Below, one piece after another: positions 7,776-15,783 of a stretch of 64,000 nucleotides of DNA; within the stretch, counting starts at the first letter, position 1, and each line of letters begins with the position of its first letter. Origin of the DNA: an uncultured bacterium (GTDB taxonomy: Bacteria; Krumholzibacteriota; Krumholzibacteriia; WVZY01); assembly GCA_965372355.1 (NCBI GenBank), contig CBDVBZ010000002.1, positions 27,541 through 91,540 of the forward strand. The letters are read 5' to 3'. The notes under the pieces are model-generated. The model made no database searches and was not told where the DNA came from. It was given only the letters and a program-made list of their open reading frames with translations. The translations under genes and the position numbers were made by a program.

Positions 7776-9812
7776 ATGATAGCCCGATGGCTGTGGACAA
7801 CTCTTGCTCTGTTGGTGACGCTCGGTTCACCCTGCCGCGGCGTGGCCCAGGAGGAGCTCGGTCCGTCCGAGGCACTCGCCAAACAGGAGCTTGAGCGATA
7901 TCTCAGGTTCCGTGAGCGCCTCGCGGAGGAGCGCATCAAGAAGGCGGATGACCCGCAGGGGTCGTTCGACGCGATCCACTACGACATCACAATCGACATC
8001 GATGTGCCCGCAGAGACGATCGCGGGCAGCGTCGATTGCCGTGTAGTCTCCACGGTGCCATCGCTTACCCATCTCGTCCTCGATCTCCTCGAAAACATGA
8101 CGGTCGCCGACGTTCGGGAGGCGGGCGTTCAGGTATCCTTCAGTCATGCCTCGGGTCTTCTGACAATCCAGCTGAACGGGACGTACGCGGTCGGAGACAC
8201 GGTGTCGGTGACCGTCGGCTACTCCGGACCGCCCGGCGTCACGAACGGCGAGTTCAACATCGATGTCTTCGCATTTGGCGTACATCCCTGGGACGGGACG
8301 CAAACGGCGATCTACACGATCAGCGAGCCCTTTTTTGCGCGCGCGTGGTGGCCGTGCAAGGATGTGCCGTCCGACAAAGCCACGACCACGATGCGGGTGA
8401 CCGTGCCCGACACGTTGATCGTCGTGTCCAACGGCGTGCTGGCGGGCGAGAACGATCTCGGCGGGGGACGAAAGCAATACGAGTGGGTCGAGAGCTACCC
8501 GATCGCGACCTATCTCGTCTCCCTGGCGGTTTCCAACTACGAGGTTTCCAGGGAGTATTTCCGCCATTCACAGACCGACTCGATGCCTGTCGAGTATTAC
8601 GTGTATCCGGAAGACACGGCAAAGGCCCGCGTCGATTTTTCGAACACGGTATCGATGCTCGAGTACTTCTCGGATCGGTTCGGCATGTATCCGTTTATCG
8701 ACGACAAGTACGCGATGGCCGAAGTCAACCTTCTCGGTGCGATGGAAAACCAGACGTGCACGAGCTATGGGCATGTGTTTCTCACGGGGGACACGAACCA
8801 CAGGTTTGACTACCTGGTGGCGCACGAGCTCGCGCATCACTGGTGGGGCAACTCGATATCGCCGGCGGACTGGCCGGAGATCTGGCTGAACGAAGGATTC
8901 GCGACATACTCGGAAGCGTTGTGGCAAGAGCACGTGCATGGCTCCGAGGCCTACCGGACACACATAATCAGACCGGGGCGGAGACGGGATTTCAGGGGGA
9001 CGCTCTACGATCCGCAGGATTTGTTCTCGCTCAAACACGTGTACTGGCGTGGGGCGTGGGTGCTGCACATGTTGAGGGGTGTGATGGGGGACTCGGCTTT
9101 CTTCGACGCGCTTCGCGCTTACGCAGCGGACAGCCGCTTTGCGTACAGGCACGCGACGACAATCGAGTTTCAGACGCTCTGCGAGCAGTACTACGGCGGT
9201 TTGCTGGACTGGTTCTTCCAGCAGTGGGTCTTCTCATGGAACGAGTGCCCGGACGGCGACTTGGAATGCGAGCAGCCGGTCCAGTACGAATACGCCTGGG
9301 CACAATTTCCGGAGAGCGGTACGGTCGATCTGTCGATATGGCAGACGCAAATCGGTTCGGTGATATCGATGCCCATCGAGGTGCGTTTGACGCTCGCATC
9401 GGGCGACACGACGGTCGTTTTGTGGAACAGCCGGCTGGTGGAGAAATACGAGATCGTCGTGTCCGAGCCGGTTCTCGCGCTCGCCATCGACCCCGACGAG
9501 TGGATCATGAGATCCGTTTCGCCGCGGGAGCTCAGCGCCTTTCCCGGTCTCAACGTGTATCCGAATCCTTTTAACGACGGGACGATGATCTCGTTTGAGA
9601 ACAACGAGGCCGGCAACGTTACCCTGGAAGTCTATGACGTCCGCGGCGCGAGGGTCCGTGCGCTCCACGCTGGATCTCTGCCTCCGAACTACTACGAGCT
9701 GTCATGGGACGGCAAAAATGACACTGGGCAGCCGGTGGCCTCCGGTGTATATTTCGTGCGTCTCGTGACACCCCAACGTTGGGGGCTTCGCAAGGCGGTG
9801 GTGGTCAGGTGA
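7776..9812 (+). CDS. M1-family zinc aminopeptidase with a C-terminal T9SS-type (Por) sorting domain
   Basis: HELAHHWWGN...WLNEGFATYSE (HExxH-x18-E gluzincin motif of M1); signal peptide; last ~80 aa (YPNPFNDGTMISF...LEVYDVRGARV...SGVYFVRLV) match the TIGR04183-type C-terminal secretion domain. Confidence 0.8.
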   Translation: MIARWLWTTLALLVTLGSPCRGVAQEELGPSEALAKQELERYLRFRERLAEERIKKADDPQGSFDAIHYDITIDIDVPAETIAGSVDCRVVSTVPSLTHLVLDLLENMTVADVREAGVQVSFSHASGLLTIQLNGTYAVGDTVSVTVGYSGPPGVTNGEFNIDVFAFGVHPWDGTQTAIYTISEPFFARAWWPCKDVPSDKATTTMRVTVPDTLIVVSNGVLAGENDLGGGRKQYEWVESYPIATYLVSLAVSNYEVSREYFRHSQTDSMPVEYYVYPEDTAKARVDFSNTVSMLEYFSDRFGMYPFIDDKYAMAEVNLLGAMENQTCTSYGHVFLTGDTNHRFDYLVAHELAHHWWGNSISPADWPEIWLNEGFATYSEALWQEHVHGSEAYRTHIIRPGRRRDFRGTLYDPQDLFSLKHVYWRGAWVLHMLRGVMGDSAFFDALRAYAADSRFAYRHATTIEFQTLCEQYYGGLLDWFFQQWVFSWNECPDGDLECEQPVQYEYAWAQFPESGTVDLSIWQTQIGSVISMPIEVRLTLASGDTTVVLWNSRLVEKYEIVVSEPVLALAIDPDEWIMRSVSPRELSAFPGLNVYPNPFNDGTMISFENNEAGNVTLEVYDVRGARVRALHAGSLPPNYYELSWDGKNDTGQPVASGVYFVRLVTPQRWGLRKAVVVR

Positions 9813-9863
9813 TGGGGAAGCGACGAACCGAGTTCCATTATTCAAGAAGGGAATGAATCACAA

Positions 9864-10562
9864 ATGCGCGTTCGCATGTTTCTGTTGGTGAGCACACTAT
9901 TATTCCTGCCGGCTCTTACGCAGAGCGAGGTTCTCTTTCTGAAGGACGGGTCAGCGATTCAGGGAGAGCTCAAGAGGCTGGTAAACGACACGCTGTATTT
10001 CGAGACGTCGTTCGGGGCGAGTATACGCGTTGCCAGAGCGCGGGTGGCCAGGATCGATTTCGCCGATTCACCATCCGTTCAGCCGCCCGGCGGAGGGCCC
10101 GGTGCGATTGCGCAGCAGCGCTCGGTGCCCGGTACAGTGATGGTGGGCTTCGACAAGGTCAAGCTGAGAAGCAAGGTCGTCGTCAACCGCGGAAAGGACG
10201 AAGACACGATCCTTCGCGCGAACTGGATCGAGTGCGCCTGGTACGCGGGTTCCATCAAAGTCTACTCACAGATCGACTCGGTGATCGACAAGACGATCCG
10301 CAAGGGACCGGAAACTCGATTCAGCAACGACATGAAACCGCAAGATTTCAAGATCGCGCTCGCGCCGGGTACGTACGAGTGTCGTCTCTTCATCCGGAAC
10401 AACGTGCCCGAGGGTTACGAAACGAGTTTTGCCGAAGGTCCGCTGGCGAAGGTGCTCGTTGTCAATCAGGTCACAGTACATCCCGCCCAGACAACCCAAA
10501 TCCGCGTCGGCATGAAGCGCAAGATGAAAGTGGGCTCGCCACAGCTCTTCGTCTTCGACTAA
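9864..10562 (+). CDS. hypothetical secreted protein
   Basis: Signal peptide MRVRMFLLVSTLLFLPALTQS; no recognisable domain. Confidence 0.5.
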   Translation: MRVRMFLLVSTLLFLPALTQSEVLFLKDGSAIQGELKRLVNDTLYFETSFGASIRVARARVARIDFADSPSVQPPGGGPGAIAQQRSVPGTVMVGFDKVKLRSKVVVNRGKDEDTILRANWIECAWYAGSIKVYSQIDSVIDKTIRKGPETRFSNDMKPQDFKIALAPGTYECRLFIRNNVPEGYETSFAEGPLAKVLVVNQVTVHPAQTTQIRVGMKRKMKVGSPQLFVFD

Positions 10563-10580
10563 GAGCTCGCAGGGCTGGCC

Positions 10581-10690
10581 GCGGGTCCTCGCCTGCCTGT
10601 CCTCTGAAAGAGGGTCCCCGGAGGGGGTCGTCGATTGCCCCACAAGTGCTCGCAGGGCTCCGCTCTTGCGGGACGACGCCACCCCGCAGC
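10581..10690. repeat. copy A of a ~100-nt conserved intergenic structured element (second copy at 27850-27947)
   Basis: Shared blocks GCGGGTCCT / GCCTGTCC / CCGGAGGGGGTC / CCCACAAGTGCTCG, plus a GCGGG...CCACCC(C)GC hairpin with differing loop sequences. Confidence 0.6.
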
Positions 10691-10741
10691 CAACGCCGCA
10701 GAAGGGCCTCGCGCGCTCCCTCAAACGTCCCTTGCAGCGAT

Positions 10742-11890
10742 CTACTTTTCGTCGATGGATTTGATGGATTTCAGTACGAGCTCTTTTAGATCGCCGTCCG
10801 CCCGGGCGTTTTCGAGTGACTTCTGCAGATACGCTTCCGCCTGGTTGGTGTCATCTAGCTCGATATAGAGAAGCGCGAGGTGGTAGAGAACCCACGGGTC
10901 ATCGGGTCGCCTGTAGAGGGCCTTGTCGAACGCTTCGCGGGCCTCCGTGAGCCGCCCCGTGGACAGGAAGAGCTTGCCCATACTCAGGTACGCTTCCGGG
11001 AAATCATCCCGTTGCTGGACGGCCATGCGGTAGTTGGCCATTGCGGCCACGTAGCGTTTGTTCAGGAAATGAACATCGCCCAACCCCTTGTAGGCCTCGG
11101 GAAAGATGCTCTTAATATCCAGCGCTTTTTCAAACATACCCTCGGCCTGTTTGGCGTGACCAAGGGCGAGGTAACACAAGCCCAGACCGAGCACGGCCCC
11201 TGTGTTCATCTCATCGTGGACGTATACTTGCTCGTACTCGGTAATGGCCTCTTCGTACAGCTCGCGCTGGTAGAAGACGTAAGCCAGACCAAGCCGGGCT
11301 TCGTCGGAGGACGGATCACTTTTCAAGGCGCGGTAGAGATAGTACGTCGCCTGGTGGTACTTTTCCGTGCGCGCGTACAGTAATCCAAGGTAGACGTATG
11401 TCGGGTTGTAGGACGGTTTGATTGTCAGTGCGTGTACGAGATGTTCCTCAGCGGTCTCGAAATCACCCTGATCGAGATGAAGTATGCCGTAGCTGACAAG
11501 CGCCTGGTGAAACTCACCGTCGAGTCGGATGGCGAGCTCGTACTCTCTGCTTGCCGCCTGGAACGCACCCATGGCGGCGTAGGTCTCGGCGATGTTGAAT
11601 CGAAGAACGGCATCGTCGGGGTAGTGCTCCTGCGCAATCCTGAACTGGGCCAGCGCTTCTTTGTAACGACCCGCGGCATAGTATGCGACACCAAGGTTGA
11701 GGTGGGCATCCGGATCCTCCGAACGCAGCTCGATGGATCGTTCAAAACTATCTGTAGCACCGTCGAGATCGCCGGCATCCATCGCGTCGAGGCCCTGGTT
11801 GTAATAACGCAGCGCCTTGTCGCCGCAGGAGACGAGCGACAGTACAACGAGTATGGATAGCAAGAGCCGTGCGATGTTCATGACCGACAA
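10742..11890 (-). CDS. TPR-repeat lipoprotein
   Basis: Lipoprotein signal ...LSLVSCGD followed by ~9 tetratricopeptide-like repeats (AxxxYxxAG spacing). Confidence 0.7.
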   Translation of the reverse strand: MSVMNIARLLLSILVVLSLVSCGDKALRYYNQGLDAMDAGDLDGATDSFERSIELRSEDPDAHLNLGVAYYAAGRYKEALAQFRIAQEHYPDDAVLRFNIAETYAAMGAFQAASREYELAIRLDGEFHQALVSYGILHLDQGDFETAEEHLVHALTIKPSYNPTYVYLGLLYARTEKYHQATYYLYRALKSDPSSDEARLGLAYVFYQRELYEEAITEYEQVYVHDEMNTGAVLGLGLCYLALGHAKQAEGMFEKALDIKSIFPEAYKGLGDVHFLNKRYVAAMANYRMAVQQRDDFPEAYLSMGKLFLSTGRLTEAREAFDKALYRRPDDPWVLYHLALLYIELDDTNQAEAYLQKSLENARADGDLKELVLKSIKSIDEK

Positions 11891-11926
11891 AGGCTATGAG
11901 GAAACCGGTGTGGTTTGCAAGCGCAT

Positions 11927-12403
11927 TTACGCGTCGACTGGGGTTCTGGTGGGGGGCTGCTCGCCGTGCGGCTCTTCCTGCGGTTGGTCGATTGCCTTGA
12001 CTTTGACCTTCCGGATCGATGTGCGGACAACGAACACGAGGACGTTGTTCGAGTTGGGGTCGCCCGGCACGAGAAAAAATCCCTGGCTCTGAGAGGAATA
12101 CTCGCGGCAGTAACCAAAGATCACTTCGTCGTCGAAAAACTCGACGAGCACCCTGTGGGTGAGATCGGAGTCGGCGAAAAAACCCTTGCGCTCGCGGTAG
12201 CTGGGGTTGCCGTCCAGCTCGTGGACGAAGAACAGGGCCTTCAAGTCGCACAGGGTGACGTGGTGGGTACGGCCGTCTTCGCCACTCAGCATGAACGCGG
12301 CCTGGTTCGAATCGAAGTCGTCCGTGGTCCCCTTGAGCAGGGTTCCATCACGGAAGCGCGCAATCACCTTATCGGTCGCAAGTTTGGACATGGCGCAGCC
12401 CAA
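11927..12403 (-). CDS. hypothetical protein (no recognisable domain), immediately downstream of the stomatin gene
   Basis: 158-aa ORF, coding-like, beta-strand-rich; alternative start MSKL 12 nt downstream. Confidence 0.45.
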   Translation of the reverse strand: MGCAMSKLATDKVIARFRDGTLLKGTTDDFDSNQAAFMLSGEDGRTHHVTLCDLKALFFVHELDGNPSYRERKGFFADSDLTHRVLVEFFDDEVIFGYCREYSSQSQGFFLVPGDPNSNNVLVFVVRTSIRKVKVKAIDQPQEEPHGEQPPTRTPVDA

Positions 12404-12458
12404 TCGTGCAACTTTTGTACCAAGCGGAAAGCCCCGTGGGGCTCAACCCCGCAAGACC

Positions 12459-13217
12459 CTATTCAGCCAGCTTTTTGAGAGCCTTGGTCAGTGGCTCGAC
12501 GATGTCGATCGGGACCGGAAACACCAGCGTTGAGTTCTTCTCGGCCGCGACATCGGTCAGAGTCTGCAGAAACCGAAGCTGGATGGTCACGGGGTTCTGG
12601 CTGATGGTCTCGGCCGCGGCGAGGAGCTTTGCCGCTGCCTGGTTCTCACCCTCGGCATGGATGACCTTTGCCCGCCGGTCGCGCTCGGCCTCGGCCTGTT
12701 TGGCGATCGCCCGCTGCATCTCGGTTGGGAGGTCGACATGCTTGATCTCGACGAGGGATACCTTGATCCCCCAGGAGTCGGTCTGCTCGTCGATGATGCG
12801 TTGCAGCTGTTGGTTTATGGAATCTCGTTCGGCAAGAAGCTGGTCGAGCTCGACCTGCCCCAGAACAGAGCGGAGAGTCGTCTGCGCCAGCTGTGTTGTG
12901 GCATAGAGAAAATCCTCAACCTCGACGATCGCACGGTCGGCATTCATTACTCGAAAGTAAACGACCGCGTTGACTTTGATGGAAACGTTATCCTTGGTGA
13001 TGACGTCCTGCGGTGCCACATCCATCGCCACCACACGCAGACTGACGCGAACCATTCGATCGATGATGGGAATGAGGATGATGAGCCCCGGTCCTTTGAC
13101 GCCCACGAGTCGGCCGAGCCTGAAGATCACACCTCGTTCGTACTCACGCAGAACACGAATTGCGCTGGCCAGAATCATGATCCCTACAAATACAATCGCT
13201 AGTAAGGGAATGCCCAC
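12459..13217 (-). CDS. SPFH/Band-7 stomatin-like protein
   Basis: N-terminal TM helix, then [17 protein letters not shown]...VNAVVYFRV... typical of the PHB/stomatin domain. Confidence 0.85.
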   Translation of the reverse strand: MGIPLLAIVFVGIMILASAIRVLREYERGVIFRLGRLVGVKGPGLIILIPIIDRMVRVSLRVVAMDVAPQDVITKDNVSIKVNAVVYFRVMNADRAIVEVEDFLYATTQLAQTTLRSVLGQVELDQLLAERDSINQQLQRIIDEQTDSWGIKVSLVEIKHVDLPTEMQRAIAKQAEAERDRRAKVIHAEGENQAAAKLLAAAETISQNPVTIQLRFLQTLTDVAAEKNSTLVFPVPIDIVEPLTKALKKLAE

Positions 13218-14579
13218 TTAGGTAACCTCCCTTTCTGAAGGCTTGACAGTCAGCACCATACCATCCACCGCTACGACCTCAACCTTCGTGCCGTTTGCAA
13301 TGGGCTCATCACTTCTTGCGTTCCAGTATTCGCCGTGGACAAACACCGACCCGGTCTCTCCGATGTCCGACTTGGCCGTTCCCACCTCGCAGATGAGACC
13401 GCGACCGCCCGTAGCCACCTTCTTGGCTTGCGCCCTGAGACCCATCCCGGCCGCGAAGAGAAAGAAGAACGCAGTGAAGATCACCGCAGGAATGATTACG
13501 GAGAACGAGACTCTCATGAAGGGCAACGGCGAATCGATAAACATGATCGATCCGATGATCATGGCGACAACACCCCCAACGGTTAACAAACCTCCCGACG
13601 GAATCTTGATTTCGAGTAAAAACATAATGATGGCCAGCAGGATGAGAGCGACACCCGCGTAGTTTACGGGAAGGAGCTGCAGGGCATAGAAGGCGATCAG
13701 AATGGCGATGGCACCAATCACACCGGGGAAGATCGCTCCCGGGTTCTGGAGCTCGAAGAAAATCCCGAATATCCCGAGGAGCATGAGCAGATAGGCGATA
13801 TTGGGATCGGACACTTTCGCGAGGAAGCGCTCCCGAAGCGAAGGTTCGACCGTGATCGTACGAGCGCCTGCCGTCGCAAGTGTCAGTTCCTCTCCGGCGG
13901 CTTCCACGGTGAAGCCATCGAGCTGCGACAGCAGGTCGGCGAGATCTGTCGCGATGATATCGACCACGCCGATCTCGTGAGCCTCCTCGACCGTGGATGA
14001 ATGGCTCTCACGAACAATCTTCTCCGCCCAATCGACGTCGCGCCCGCGATCTTTCGCAAGACCCCGCGCGTAAGCAGCCGCATCATTGGTCACCTTTTCC
14101 GACATCTCGTCGTCCATCTCTCCCTGGCCGACCGGGACCGGATGTGCAGCGCCGATGTTGGTACTGGGTGACATCGCCACGACGTGAGAGGCGAGGCTGA
14201 TGATCGCGCCAGCGCTGGCCGCGCGTCCCCCGGCCGGGTGGACAAAGATGACAACTGGTGTCGGGCTCGCAAGGATCTCTTTGATGATGGCACGCATGGA
14301 GGCGTCGAGCCCACCCGGGGTGTCCATCATAAAGAGTACACACTGCGCTCGCTCCGCGTTGGCCCGCCAGATCACTCTCTGAACGTAGCCCATCGTAACC
14401 GGGCCGATCGGCCCCTTGATAACGCCCAGTACGACGACCCGTGATCTTGTCGTGTCAATTGATGCGGGAGATGATTGCAGGGGGGCTTGCGCGTCGCGGG
14501 ACTGGCAGCCGATTGCGAAGAGCAGGAGGCACAATCCGAAAGCGATGGGCCGGTTATTTCGAGCGCCGTCTGTCAACAT
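13218..14579 (-). CDS. NfeD-family membrane-bound serine protease (stomatin operon partner)
   Basis: ClpP-like domain (VLFMMDTPGGLDASMRAII), multi-TM middle segment, C-terminal OB-fold; adjacent to and abutting the stomatin gene (stop/start 13217/13218) as in the conserved nfeD-stomatin pair. Confidence 0.85.
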   Translation of the reverse strand: MLTDGARNNRPIAFGLCLLLFAIGCQSRDAQAPLQSSPASIDTTRSRVVVLGVIKGPIGPVTMGYVQRVIWRANAERAQCVLFMMDTPGGLDASMRAIIKEILASPTPVVIFVHPAGGRAASAGAIISLASHVVAMSPSTNIGAAHPVPVGQGEMDDEMSEKVTNDAAAYARGLAKDRGRDVDWAEKIVRESHSSTVEEAHEIGVVDIIATDLADLLSQLDGFTVEAAGEELTLATAGARTITVEPSLRERFLAKVSDPNIAYLLMLLGIFGIFFELQNPGAIFPGVIGAIAILIAFYALQLLPVNYAGVALILLAIIMFLLEIKIPSGGLLTVGGVVAMIIGSIMFIDSPLPFMRVSFSVIIPAVIFTAFFFLFAAGMGLRAQAKKVATGGRGLICEVGTAKSDIGETGSVFVHGEYWNARSDEPIANGTKVEVVAVDGMVLTVKPSEREVT

Positions 14580-14678
14580 GCAATACCTGGTACGATTCGG
14601 TTACGTTGTTCAAACCACGAAACCTTCTTCTTTAGTTAATGTTAACGGAATACGTTCTCAAAGCAATCGATTTTTTCA

Positions 14679-14709
14679 CCCCCCTCAGCGGATCGGCCGC
14701 TGAGGGGGG
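14679..14709. other. GC-rich perfect inverted repeat (13-bp stem CCCCCCTCAGCGG, 5-nt loop) in the divergent intergenic region
   Basis: Seen directly; flanked by T6 on one side and G-run on the other; no U-tract following on either strand. Confidence 0.4.
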
Positions 14710-14751
14710 GGGCGTTCGGCACTGGTTTTGGCCCGACCTTTGCAAAAACGT

Positions 14752-14780
14752 TGATCGAGCCCGGTTTTTGGTCTAGATTG
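14752..14780 (+). promoter_or_regulatory. sigma-70-like promoter TTGATC-17-TAGATT upstream of the HNH gene
   Basis: Hexamer spacing 17 nt; ~33 nt upstream of the ORF start. Confidence 0.3.
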
Positions 14781-14812
14781 ACCGGGATAACACTTGCAGC
14801 TTCAGCAAAGGA

Positions 14813-15346
14813 GTGAACGCCTTCAGTCAAGTCCTTCTGCTCAATGCCTCTTTTGAGCCACTGAATGTGATCAACTGGAAAAGGGCACTGAAACTGATTT
14901 TCCTCGAGAAGGTCGAGGTGCTCGAAGAAACGGATCGCGAAGTACATTCGGTGAGCGACAGTCTGCGCGTGCCCGCCGTCGTGCGGCTGCTTCGCTTCGT
15001 TGGGTTCCGAAAGAGGGACATCAAGTTTTCTCGCCAGAACATCTATGCTCGAGACAAGTACCGCTGCCAGTACTGCGGCGAGAAGCTGAGACCAAGCGAG
15101 CTTACCTGTGATCATGTGATCCCGCGATCACGGGGTGGTTCGACGACGTGGGCCAATATTGCCACCTGCTGTCGTCCATGTAATCGCAAGAAAGGCGGAA
15201 GGACACCTGCGGAGGCCGGTCTCAAGCTGCTCAAGAAGCCGATGCGACCGAGCTGGCTCCTCGGCTTTCACGCGCGGTTTTCGATCCAGCAGCCCCCCGT
15301 CGCCTGGCGAGAGTATTTGTTCTGGAGTTCGAAGGGGAAGCGATAG
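14813..15346 (+). CDS. HNH endonuclease family protein
   Basis: CQYCGEKL...CDHVIPRSRGG...N...CCRPCNRKKG = C-x2-C / DH / N / C-x2-C HNH nuclease motif. Confidence 0.8.
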   Translation: MNAFSQVLLLNASFEPLNVINWKRALKLIFLEKVEVLEETDREVHSVSDSLRVPAVVRLLRFVGFRKRDIKFSRQNIYARDKYRCQYCGEKLRPSELTCDHVIPRSRGGSTTWANIATCCRPCNRKKGGRTPAEAGLKLLKKPMRPSWLLGFHARFSIQQPPVAWREYLFWSSKGKR

Positions 15347-15385
15347 AGTCTGCGACGGATGTCGTGATTGCGGGGTGGGGAGGGT

Positions 15386-15473
15386 TGGTGCCGGAGGTCG
15401 GACTCGAACCGACACGGAGCCAGGCTCCGGGGGATTTTGAGTCCCCTGCGTCTACCAGTTTCACCACTCCGGC
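15386..15473 (-). tRNA. tRNA-Leu (anticodon CAA), type II with long variable arm
   Basis: Reverse complement GCCGGAGTGGTGAAACTGGTAGACGCAGGGGACTCAAAATCCCC...TTCGAGTCCGACCTCCGGCACCA; 7-bp acceptor stem, anticodon loop CUCAAAA, encoded CCA. Confidence 0.85.
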
Positions 15474-15590
15474 CCCTTGTTTTGGGGAATGATGTTAGCG
15501 AGTTAACCTGGCTACTGTCAAGGGCGTTCGCCCGTTTTGCGCCACCTTTCGCTTGACTTGCCGAAACGATTTGATAAGGTGTTTGCGCTT

Positions 15591-15666
15591 GGGGTTGTAG
15601 CTCAGCTGGGAGAGCACTTGTCTGGCAGACAAGAGGTCACGGGTTCGATCCCCGTCAACTCCACCA
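15591..15666 (+). tRNA. tRNA-Ala (anticodon GGC)
   Basis: GGGGTTGTAGCTCAGCTGGGAGAGCACTTGTCTGGCAGACAAG...GGTTCGATCCCCGTCAACTCCACCA; G3:U70 Ala identity pair; 76 nt with encoded CCA. Confidence 0.9.
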
Positions 15667-15783
15667 TGCTATGATTACAACCATATCTATAGCGCGTGAA
15701 CTCGGGGTCCCCTGCAACGGGGACTTAGTTCTTTTGAGCGAGGGAACGCGACTGATGTCGGCTCCGACCAATCGAGGCTAAAC

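Noticed and set aside
12657-13202. 181-aa + strand ORF
   Set aside because: Antisense shadow ORF inside the stomatin gene.
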